Assembly: GCA_002794465.1 (NCBI GenBank)
Contig: MTSL01000184.1
Coordinates: 16,704 to 48,703 of the forward strand
DNA length: 32,000 nt
Source: Paramicrosporidium saccamoebae KSL3
Taxonomy: Eukaryota; Fungi; Cryptomycota
Direction: 5' to 3'
Below, piece after piece: positions 1 to 9,602 of the stretch (its first letter is position 1; each line of letters starts with the position of its first letter). The position numbers and the translations under genes are program-made. The notes beneath the pieces were generated by a model. The model saw nothing but the letters and a program-made list of their open reading frames with translations, made no database searches and was not told where the DNA came from.

Positions 1-2
1 TG

Positions 3-194
3 CTGACGGCAACAGTGCACAAGATGCCGGGATACGAACACATGGACACTATCTGGGCTCATGATGCCAATATTTTGGTGTTTCCCCATATTCTTGAATT
101 CCTCCAGCAGCATGCTCCCCACCATTCCAGCAAAGTAGGTCGGGCCGAACCGTCACAACTTGCCTGGCCGCCCCTCTCCATCAATGCTTCTTAA
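3..194 (+). CDS. 3' end of an alpha/beta-hydrolase lipase (steryl ester / lysosomal acid lipase type), truncated by the window edge
   Basis: Frame 3 reads LTATVHKMPGYEHMDTIWAHDANILVFPHILEFLQQH...INAS* with TAA at 192-194. YEHxDxIW..D....VF..IL..L matches the catalytic-His C-terminal motif of Tgl1/Yeh/LIPA-type lipases. Not in the ORF track. Confidence 0.65.
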   Translation: MTATVHKMPGYEHMDTIWAHDANILVFPHILEFLQQHAPHHSSKVGRAEPSQLAWPPLSINAS

Positions 195-228
195 TAGAAA
201 TTATAAACTCTCATGGTACGTTTAGTTA

Positions 229-552
229 TTATTGCGACCAATCGTTAAAACTGCCGCTATAGCAAATGGCGTCATAGCCAAGCCCCTTGGCAGTCTCCGC
301 CGCCGACATTGCCCGCACCCCTTTTTGGCACGAAAAGATCAGACTGCTGCCAGAGGCGGGCTTACTGAATCCGTAACGTTGGCTAAATTCTTCCGACGCC
401 AAATTGAGTGCAGAGGAAAGTGCAGGGAGCGGAATGTTGTGAGAGGTGGGAATGGTGCCGCCTTGGAGTTCCGCTGGATTGCGGACATCAATGATAACTG
501 GATTTCCAGTCTCTACGGCCTTTTTAACGCCCTCCTTGTCGACTGTCTTCAT
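229..552 (-). CDS. Single-domain rhodanese / sulfurtransferase (Rdl1-like), 107 aa
   Basis: IIDVRNPAE, GTIPTSHNIP, active-site loop CQKGVR, YSGSFNDW. Start placed at ATG 552 because the upstream in-frame stretch (553-750) is occupied by the non-coding-looking 38-nt element duplication. Confidence 0.85.
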   Translation of the reverse strand: MKTVDKEGVKKAVETGNPVIIDVRNPAELQGGTIPTSHNIPLPALSSALNLASEEFSQRYGFSKPASGSSLIFSCQKGVRAMSAAETAKGLGYDAICYSGSFNDWSQ

Positions 553-580
553 CCGAGTGGGGTTTGCAGTTGTGTTGGTG

Positions 581-662
581 GTAAAGACCCTCCCTCCCCG
601 GGCCGTAGTTTGTAGACTGTAAGAGTAAAGACTCTTTATCCCCGGGCCATGGTCCGTAGACT
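581..662 (-). repeat. Two tandem copies (44-nt period; 581-618 and 625-662) of a dispersed 38-nt element
   Basis: Minus strand reads AGTCTACAAACTACGGCCCGGGGAGGGAGGGTCTTTAC and AGTCTACGGACCATGGCCCGGGGATAAAGAGTCTTTAC. The second is 34/38 identical to 29387-29424. Confidence 0.85.
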
Positions 663-737
663 GCAGTCTGTGAATATACTTTATCATGGCAGTAAAGACC
701 ATTTTGCAGTCACAAAGTCTCTCTAGGTATAATTTTT

Positions 738-867
738 TATACCCCCTCACAATCCCAGTCCATCGATATACCCCTTCAGTTCCTGAATATACTCTCCCAA
801 TCTCCGCCTACGGATATACCCCTCCCCACAATCCCAGTTTATGGATATACCTCCTCACAATCAGTGG
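738..867. repeat. Degenerate intergenic tandem repeat, 5 units of 21-31 nt
   Basis: Units start TATAC at 738, 767, 788, 815 and 846. Consensus is approximately TATACCCCTCACAATCCCAGT..GGA. Confidence 0.75.
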
Positions 868-880
868 CGATTTTAATCAA

Positions 881-2370
881 TTATGCTTGATAATTAGTAG
901 AGCTAGTGGTCCCGCCCTGCCCTGTCCAATTCACGTGTTTGTAAACACCAGGATTATCAAGGAGTTCAAAAGTGTGGGCTCCAAAGTAATCGCGTTGTGC
1001 CTGTAAAAGATTCGCAGGCAGTCTCTCACAACGATAGCCATCGTAAAAGGCGAGGGCAGAGGAGAGTGCAGGCACGGGGAGGCCAATGAGGATCGATTCT
1101 GAGAGGATCAGACGCCAGCTGGGATGGGCCTGGGCGAGCGCCTGAGTAAAGAAAGAGTCAAAGAGGAGGTTTTCAAGATTCGGGTTGCGATCAAAGGCCT
1201 TTCTAATGTCTCCAAGGAACGCACTCTTGATAATGCAGCCGCCCTTCCACATGGTGGCAATGGCTCCCATGTTCAGATTCCAATTAAAAGTTTTAGAGGC
1301 CTCGCTGAACAGCATGAATCCCTGTGCGTAGGAAATAATCTTGGCTCCATACAGGGCCTTTTTTAGATGCTCCAAAATTTCAGTCTTGTCCTTTGTGAAC
1401 CCAGCAGTCTTGGGGCCGACGAGGATTTTGCTTGCACGAAGCCGCTCTTCTTTTAGGGCCGAGAGGGATCGTGCAAACACGGCCTCGCTGACCAAAGTCA
1501 CGGGGATTCCCATGTCAAGAGACGCCTCGACAGTCCACTTTCCCGTTCCCTTTTGTCCCGCAGCATCTCTTATCCTGTCCACCAGGTAATGCCCGTCCTG
1601 TTGGAACTTGAGAATATCGCTTGTAATTTGGATCAGGAAAGATTCTAATTCTGACTTGTTCCATTCCCCAAACACTGCTGACATTTCTTCATAGCCCAAA
1701 CCCAGACCATCATGCATCAGATGGAATGCCTCGCAGATTAGTTGCATATCGCCGTATTCGATCCCATTGTGCACCATTTTGACGAAATGACCGGCACCGC
1801 CCTCGCCCACCCAGTCACAGCACGGGACACCGTCTGCCTTTGCTGACACTGCTTGCAGCATTTCACGGAGATGCGGCCAAGCACCCGGAGAGCCGCCAGG
1901 CATCATGGACGGGCCATAACGCGCACCCTCCTCTCCTCCACTGACACCACAGCCTACAAAATGCACTCCCTGTGCTGACAGCGTCTTGACACGCCGTTCA
2001 GTGTCCGTGTAGAGAGAGTTTCCTCCGTCAATGATAATGTCGCCAGCAGTCAGGTGAGGCAGTAGCTGGTTGACAAAGTCGTCCACTGCACTGCCTGCCT
2101 TTACCATTAGCAGCACCCTTTTCGGTGACTTTAGCTTCTCCACCAGCTCGGAAACTGAATGCGCTCCCACAACCTTGGTGCCTGCCGCTTCATTGGCGAG
2201 GAAGGCGTCCACTTTGCTGACAGTGCGATTATATGCGCAAACTGTGTAGCCATGGTCGTCAAAGTTGAGGATCAAGTTTTGGCCCATTACAGCCAGTCCT
2301 ATCACTCCGATATCCGCCTTCCTACACAATTATTATTGCCGTTGGGCGACAATTACGCATCAGATGACAT
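881..2370 (-). CDS. GND1: 6-phosphogluconate dehydrogenase, decarboxylating (484 aa, 1 intron)
   Basis: IGVIGLAVMG, AYNRT, GHFVKMVHNGIEYGDM, QAQRDYFGAH. Exon 2370-2357 (MSSDA), 35-nt GT-AG intron 2356-2322, exon 2321-881. Confidence 0.97.
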
Positions 2371-2389
2371 TGGCATTACGAATAATTTA

Positions 2390-3418
2390 TTAATCTTTCG
2401 GAATCTCCGATTCGGGCAGGAAGGGAATATCCACTCCATTCACGGCGAGCACATTTCTGCTCAAATCAACGCAACACTGATGTCTTCTGAGCATGTCCAG
2501 TCCCAACAACATGTCAGGCCCGTCGCCCTCAATGACAGTGATTGTACATGGCAAAAAGAGGCCGCCCATCTCCAATTGCACAGAATGAACCCGACCAAGA
2601 ATGCGACTCGTCCCTACGCCCTTGGCAATTCCTGCAAAGCGCGTATCCAGCAATCTATCTAGGCCGCTGCGTTTTGCACATCGTTCCGTCACTATATTGT
2701 CAGTCGATGGTCCATAGTACTGATTGTCGTCTGAGCACCGCAGTCAACAAAGGCTTTGAGTCGATACTCGTTCACACAGCACGGAATATACAACATTGTG
2801 ACGCTTCCAAACGACTCGGGATGGTATTCCATGGCAGTGGCCAAGTTTTCTTCAACATTCTGCTGCCGGATCTGCGCTTCAATGCGTTCCTGCGACTGGG
2901 CATCAAGTGGATGGTCTGTTTGCTGACCGGGAAAGACGGACGAACGGAGCGATTGAAGGATTCGGGCAAATTCACTGGGATTGTTTTGTGCTGCCTCTAA
3001 CAGTTCAGGTCGAGACTACATCAACTTAGACAGCGCTATAAATATACTTGCTGCAAACGAGCCCGTGTAGTAGCGTCATTTAGGACATGTTGCCGGACAC
3101 GCTCAACTTCTGCGTCAATTTTTGTGGGACGGCCCTTGCGCAGAAAAAGCATGTCGTTTTCCTTGATGCCGCAATTCTGCAACGTCTTGCTGCCTTCATC
3201 GATGATTTTTCCCTCGTGGAATAGTTGAATAAAAGAAGACTCTAATCCCGTCTACTATAAACATTACCGGCGCAGTGTACCTCGGCTGCTAAAATGGACA
3301 AAAAGTCTGAAATCTATTCCATCTCAATCAGTCACTGCACCGATGCAAGTACTAGAAACTGCGGGTCCAAATCAAACGAATGCACCTGCTCTTCCTCAGT
3401 CAAAACGGTCAAAATCAT
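2390..3418 (-). CDS. DDI1: DNA damage-inducible protein 1 (UBL + helical domain + retroviral-like aspartyl protease, no UBA), 299 aa, 4 introns
   Basis: Exons 3418-3353, 3313-3281, 3251-3048, 3015-2721 and 2691-2390 splice in frame (introns 39, 29, 32, 29 nt). Motifs EYHPESFGSVTMLYI, KAFVDCGAQTTIM, RFAGIAKGVG, DMLLGLDMLRRHQCCVDL. Confidence 0.93.
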
Positions 3419-3426
3419 GGCGCCAA

Positions 3427-3431
3427 CCAAT
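3427..3431 (+). promoter_or_regulatory. CCAAT box in the 27-nt spacer between divergent DDI1 and septin starts
   Basis: AACCAATCAC lies between ATG(-) 3418 and ATG(+) 3446 and matches the NF-Y/HAP consensus. Confidence 0.5.
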
Positions 3432-3445
3432 CACAGCCGTCATAA

Positions 3446-4310
3446 ATGCACGTCTACGGTCTTGCAAACATCCCCAACCAAGTCCATCATGTCGTCTGTC
3501 ACCGTCCCTTTACCTTTAACGTGCTGCTAATGGGTACTAGCTTGAGCATAGCCAACTGGTAGGCGAGGTCAGTACTGGAAAGACGGGATTTGTGAATCGT
3601 GTGCTGAAAAAGGCCGTGTTTGAGAATGATTTGCCCGCCTTCTTTGAAGGTCGAAATGACCCGGGAACCATAATCCGTATAAGGGAACAAGGCACAGCTG
3701 TCTATTCTGTTTAAATATGGTAGATTTGGAGGAAAATGGTGTAAATGCAACCATTCGCCTAATTGATGCTCCGCAGGTGGGATATTCTGTGCGCAAGTCG
3801 GTGGGCTATCAGGCGCTCTCCGATTATACTCGCGATCAGCTGTTCCGGCACGCCCAGCATGAGCTCGATATTGATCGTGCCGTCACCTCCTACCGTGATC
3901 ATCGTGTGCACGTGTGTCTGTATTTTGTGACGGCCCAGGAGCTGTCGCACCAGGACGTACAATCTCTGGGCGAGCTTTGCAAGTTGACCAATATCATTTT
4001 GGTGGCCGGGAAGGCGGACATGTTGACAGAGGAAGAACTCCAGCTCCAGGAAAAGCGCATCTTGCAGCAGTGTAAAGAAAATGGAATCCAACTGTTTGAT
4101 TTGGAGGCACCACGAGTATTCCCCGTCCATCGTCGTTCAGATCTCTATGAAAAGGAGGATGGTCTAGAGTCGGTCTTTATCAAAAAATACCTGCCCGTTT
4201 TGATTGAACGCTCTCAGTCTCAACATTATCGTGACCTACAACAGCACCTGGTCAAAGAGAGTGGTACTGCAACCATCAATCATGCTATTGAATCTCTTAC
4301 CATCCACTAA
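3446..4310 (+). CDS. Divergent septin-family GTPase (about 262-267 aa, 2 introns)
   Basis: GLANIPNQVH..FTFNVLLMGEVSTGKT, LEENGVNATIRLIDAP, HRVHVCLYFV, NIILVAGKADMLTEEE. Exon 3446-3533, intron 3534-3562, exon 3563-3691 (or -3676), intron to 3723, exon 3724-4310. Confidence 0.85.
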
Positions 4311-4711
4311 TTGCTGCCAAAGATCCGTCCATCCCTATTCATCACTGTTGGTTGTGTTATTAAATTTTTATCCATCCCCATCCTGTTCCTAATCACCAAT
4401 TGATTATAATGTTGAAATCTCATCACTGTTAACCGCCATTGATTTAGTATACTCTTGGGGCTCGCCAATGTATAGCATTACACGAATAGTTAAAATACTA
4501 CAACTCCAAATGTGACGTAAGGAATCTTTCACTTATGTACAAAACCATTACTCCGCTCCGTATCATTAAGCCGACACTTGCGTCCACTTGTATCTCTTCA
4601 TCCTCACCTATTTGACTTCTTCCCGCTGTAGATCGACTTATCCAACTCCCTCGCCCCACCCAACTCGGGGCCCTCTTATAATTTAATAACACGGCTCTTT
4701 TGCTGGCCATA

Positions 4712-7022
4712 ATGCTATTGGTTGTTAGCAAGTCTCCTAGTGATGCATTGGCTTTGACTAATTGCATAATCCTCAATCCGAGTGACGCACGTCGTCTCAA
4801 CACACAATATGCTCTCGTCTCTCAAAATTACATTATGACGCTGCGGGCGGAAGAGGTCATGGCTGAGGGCCAAATTGGACTCTCCTCCACCCACCGAAAC
4901 TGGCTGCAGTTGGCGCTGGCTGATAAAGTGTCGGTGGAACCATTCGACCCGGACAGCTTTACACAAGACTGCTATCTGGAGACTATACGAGTGGAGGTTG
5001 ATGTGCTCAAGAAACAGGCACAGACGGCTTTAACCTTTGATACGGTTCGGATGGCCGAAGTGTTCCTCTCCAACTATCAGCGACAGATATTCTCCCTTGG
5101 GCAGCCCTTTGTTATGGACTTTGCGGGTCACAACTTGCTGTTAAAGGTGCACAGTCTGGTGAACATTACAACCGGCTCTCCCCGTCAAGAATCTGCCACC
5201 GAATGGGGCGCATTACTTCCAAAAACTGAGGTTCGGTTTTCCCGCGCTCCCGATTCGCTCATCAAGCTGGTGGGCGAGGCTCAAATCAACACGAATGCCG
5301 TCATCCAGCCAGATTTCAAGTTTGAAGATATGGGCATTGGAGGACTGGACAAGGAATTTTGGCTCATTTTCAGGAGAGCATTTGCATCTCGGATCTATCC
5401 GCAGGATCTGGTGCAAAAGTTGGGAATTAGACACGTTAAGGGACTAGTGCTGTATGGACCGCCAGGAACAGGCAAGACGCTGATGGCCCGACAGATTGCA
5501 AAGATGCTGCATGCAAGAGAGCCCAAAATTATCAACGGACCAGAAATTCTCAACAAATATGTCGGCCAATCCGAGGAAAACATCAGAGCCCTTTTTAAGG
5601 ATGCCGAGGCCGAATACAAGGCAAAGGGAGATAATAGCGAACTACATATCATCATATTCGACGAACTGGATGCCATCTGCAAGCAGCGTGGAGGAAGGAA
5701 CGATGGGACCGGCGTCGGCGATTCCGTTGTCAATCAGCTACTCGCCAAGATGGATGGTGTTGAGCAGCTAAACAATATCCTCGTGATTGGAATGACAAAT
5801 AGATTGGACATGTTGGATGAAGCCTTGCTCCGTCCCGGTCGCTTTGAGGTACAGCTCGAAATCGGGCTTCCAAATAAGGAAGGCCGTTGTCAGATTCTCA
5901 AGATTCACACCAACACTGTAAGACTACAAATTCCGTCACCATTCTAACTTTTAGATGAGAGAGAATAACATTTTGGACACGGATGTGGATTTGGAAGAGC
6001 TAGCGGGATTATGCAAAAACTTTACGGGTGCCGAAATTGTGGGACTGATCAACTCGGCCACCTCCTTTGCCCTCAATCGACACATCAAGGTGGGTAGCAC
6101 GGTGGAAGTCGCAAAGGATGCCTCCACGATGCGTGTCACAAAGGACGATTTTTTCCGTGCTCTCAGTGAAGTGCACGCAGCCTACGGAGTGGATGAAGAC
6201 GAGTTTGCCTCTTGTGGACAGGATGGAGTCCTAGTGTACTCTGATGAAGTCCAAACGCTCTTTAGTCAGGCAGAGTTGGTCATTCGACAGGCAGCCAACA
6301 GTGAAAAGTCAGCATTGAGTGGCATAATGCTCTACGGAGTGACTGGCAGTGGAAAGACTGCAATCTGTGCCAAGCTTGCAACTGAGAGCAATTTTCCGTT
6401 CATCAAGCTACTTTCCACCCATACGCTTGTTGGACTCTCTGAGCAGGCCAAAGTCCAGGCCATTGCCAAGGTATAGAGATAGCAATTAGTGATTACCTTA
6501 TAGATGTTCACGGACGCGTACAAGTCGGAACAGAGTCTGATCGTAGTGGACGACATTGAAGATTTAATTGATTATGTCGCCATTGGACCACGTTTCTCCA
6601 CAGTTCTCCTCCAAACATTCCGCAATTTCTTCAAAAAGGTGCCTCCCGAGGGCCGTCGGCTTGTGGTCCTTGCCACCACCCGCAACAAACGTCTCATGGA
6701 CCAACTGGGTCTCTCCCAGCATTTCCGCACCCACCTTCACTGTCCCAATATTAACACAGTTGAGGACTTTCGCCACCTCCTCCACCACAACACCACCCTT
6801 CTTGAGGAAGATCGAACCCGGATCTTGGAAGAGGTCCGGAGGGTTGCAGCACGTGGGAGTGCATTCTCAGTGCCGGTCAAGATCCTCCAAGAGTTGTTGG
6901 AAGTATGTGCACAAGATCCAGAAGAACCCGTGCTACGGTTTATGGATGAATTTCAACAATTTGTCCTCAACTTGACCTCGGCTACGCTGGACGACGTAAT
7001 TCCCAATATGGAGGGACTATAG
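4712..7022 (+). CDS. SEC18: Vesicle-fusing AAA+ ATPase Sec18/NSF (746 aa, 2 introns)
   Basis: N-domain SPSDALALTNC, MGIGGLDKEFWLIFRRAFASR, Walker A GPPGTGKT, Walker B IIFDELDAI, D2 GVTGSGKT. Introns 5918-5954 (37 nt, CTAAC branch) and 6471-6503 (33 nt) join the three ORFs in frame. Confidence 0.97.
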
Positions 7023-7133
7023 GCTTTATTATGTAATGACAATCCAAAATTTAGTGCACTATTGAGTAGTAATCTCACAATGGCAGTCTCATAAAACCCG
7101 CCAGTTCCAGCAAATCTACAAAAGCCATCAGAT

Positions 7134-8169
7134 TCAGCAGTCCCAACAGTTTCCAAGGGGTTCTATAATCGGCTGGACAGGCTCGAAATTATTGCCCTCG
7201 GCAGGGTAGATTTGAAACTGATCATTGACATGACGAAATACGACCTCTGGATCTGCCGAGTTTGCATCGGCCATGGCATAGAATACTTTGTTGGCCAGCT
7301 TGTCACGATAATTTGACACTTTTTCCAACATGTTCAAAATAAATGGTCTCGGGCTGTGCGCCAGGTACCGGACTTTTGAACGGTCCTCCGACGGGGTTAT
7401 CCGTGTTGCTGCCCGCAGGTTCAGTCGACTAGTCTGTTCAAATGTAGTCGCAACATTACGAATGCCTTTTCGGAGTTCCTGGTCCTCGACGCATTCTCCC
7501 AACCAGCCAGAGTTGAGATGCTTAAAGTGTGTCAGTAGCTGCTCCCAATTCATCGTCTGCTTCAATCCCTCACGACAATATGTACTCAGCTGCTCCTGTG
7601 GATCGATAAGGGCGAGCAGATCAACAGCGACACGTGGTCCGTAATCATAGCCCTTGGGCGGCTTGTAGGCTGGAGATTCTCCAGATTTGTGCCAATACAT
7701 CGGACTACCCGCTTCGATGGAATCGACCAGCTCTGTCGAAAAGTCATACGGGTTGCCAGCGTGAGATATTCTGAGGATGTACTCGAACGCCGCTTTGTAA
7801 TCTCCCGCCCTTTGCAGGATCCTGTACATTTGTCGCTTTACCTCCTATACTAATTAGAATCACACCGACGAGTACAATTGATGCGTTTTCTGACAATGCC
7901 ATCATGGTTACCATCGCCTTCCGGTTAGAGTCGTTATCAGAAAATGCCCACTGCTCACTCATCACACCCACCAAGCTAGCCATCGACACACAAGTATGCT
8001 TTGACATGGTTCGCTCGATTTCAGTGGATGCAATTCCAGCAGCCAATTGCTCGAGCAGCTCAGAGTGCACCCGGTCTGGATCGCACAATGTTTTTCTACT
8101 AACCATTCTTTTAAAAACTCTCGACGCCCCGACATAGGTTAAAAGTGTAATTACAGTGAAAGGACGCAT
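7134..8169 (-). CDS. Orphan predicted secreted protein A (334 aa), paralog of 8319-9405
   Basis: Signal-peptide-like MRPFTVITLLTYVGA/SR. Exon 8169-7876, 31-nt GT-AG intron 7875-7845 with CTAAT branch, exon 7844-7134 join in frame. Aligns along its length to the neighbouring gene. No family recognised. Confidence 0.8.
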
Positions 8170-8210
8170 AATGTTGTGACGGTTTATGGGACCATTCAAG
8201 CCTTTACTAA

Positions 8211-8228
8211 TGCGTGCTGTGAACCAAT
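8211..8228. promoter_or_regulatory. CCAAT-containing motif shared with the promoter of the paralog
   Basis: TGCGTGCTGTGAACCAAT, 42-59 nt upstream of ATG 8169; 16/18 identical to 9452-9469. Confidence 0.6.
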
Positions 8229-8318
8229 AAAATGAACCGCATTTTGGGTGGCTCTTCATTCATGTTAGTTGTTCCGTACTACAGATCCTATTCCAGACTT
8301 TTTATTTATTTTGGGGCA

Positions 8319-9405
8319 CTACGCCAAGTGCGTGGCTGATCTCCAACCTCTCTGCGTCGAATTGGCTGGTTGAGCTGGTCTAGATGACTGAGCCGGTCGG
8401 ACTGATTGAGCTAGCGGAGCTGGATGAGCCGGTCTGGCTGGTTTAGAAACAATACCATTGGCAGGATAGGATACAAACTGACGATTGACGTTGCTCAATA
8501 CAGCTGATGGATCGTCCGTGTCGGCATCGACCACAGCCTGAAGCAAAGTGTTGGTCACTGCGGCAACATAGTCCTTTGCGCGCTGTAATATGTCTGTGTG
8601 TTCCTGGTTCTGGCCGCTCAGATTCTTTTCCGCAAAATGCAGCGTCCGAGATGCCGTATGCAGTCTCAGCTGACTGGCCCGCTCAAATGCAGTAACAGCA
8701 TCGTGCATAACGTCTCGGAGTGTTGGATCAGACACGCAACGTTTTACCCAGGAAGTGTTAGAACCATCAAATTCTTTCAGCAACCAAGTCCAATTTCCTA
8801 CATCCTCCAAGTCTTCGCGACACGTGTCAGACAGTTGGTCCTGAGGATCGAGAATGGTGAGCAGATCATTGATAACCATGGGCTGCCGGAATGGGTAGCC
8901 CTGAGGCTTTTGGAGGACCAACGGACCGTACATGAGATTGTCCGCGTCGAGAGATTCAAGCAGTTCCGCCGAAAAGTCGCGGGGGTTGGTGGCGCGGGCT
9001 ACTTTGAGAATGTATTCATAGGCCCTCTTGAAGCCACGGGCCCGTTTCAAAACCTGATAGACTTGTCTTGTACTCTCCTACACTAATCAGAAAAGGGACC
9101 ATCCGTACCGTTGAAACGCTGCTACTCTCAGCCAACGCGGCCAAAGTCTCCGCCACCCGTGAGAAATTGTCTGCATCCCTCCAGTCTCTACTTTCTTCAT
9201 GTATCTTATTGATCAGAGTAGCCAGCGTCACGCAGCTTTTATTCTTGTGCAAAGCTGCAGAAATATCAGAGGGTGTCCCTCCATAGATCATCTTTTCATA
9301 CAGATTCTGATGCACTTTATCAGAATCGCATTCTTTTGCGCCCAATTTAAGAAATCGACTGGCGCTGACACAAGCTAAAAGCGCAAAGATAGTAGTTAGA
9401 TGCAT
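8319..9405 (-). CDS. Orphan predicted secreted protein B (351 aa) with Pro/Ala/Gln-rich tail, paralog of 7134-8169
   Basis: Signal-peptide-like MHLTTIFALLACVSA/SR. Exon 9405-9109, 31-nt intron 9108-9078 at the homologous phase-0 position, exon 9077-8319. Confidence 0.8.
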
Positions 9406-9451
9406 AGTGCCACAGCCAGTCGCACATCTTGCTTTTAATTTGTTCTGCTAC

Positions 9452-9469
9452 TGCATGCTGCGAACCAAT
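9452..9469. promoter_or_regulatory. CCAAT-containing motif shared with the promoter of the paralog
   Basis: TGCATGCTGCGAACCAAT, 47-64 nt upstream of ATG 9405. Confidence 0.6.
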
Positions 9470-9602
9470 CAAGCATTCATGTGTACTATGAGCGTCGCGT
9501 ATTGGGGGTCACTACGATTGGTGGGCCAATCATAGGAATGACCTGATTAACAATTAATGCAGCAAGCATTAAAGGAAAAAAGGCATCAGAGCATCGACAG
9601 TC

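Noticed and set aside
553-750. 66-aa N-terminal extension of the rhodanese ORF as a mitochondrial presequence
   Set aside because: It is built from the duplicated 38-nt element that is non-coding at GET1 and SKP1, so the open frame is more likely incidental. Not fully excluded.
4440-4680. RNase MRP/P or U3 RNA, suggested by GGGGCTC / CGGGGCCC motifs
   Set aside because: The matching 5' P4 strand (GAAAGTCCCC-type) and U3 box A are absent.
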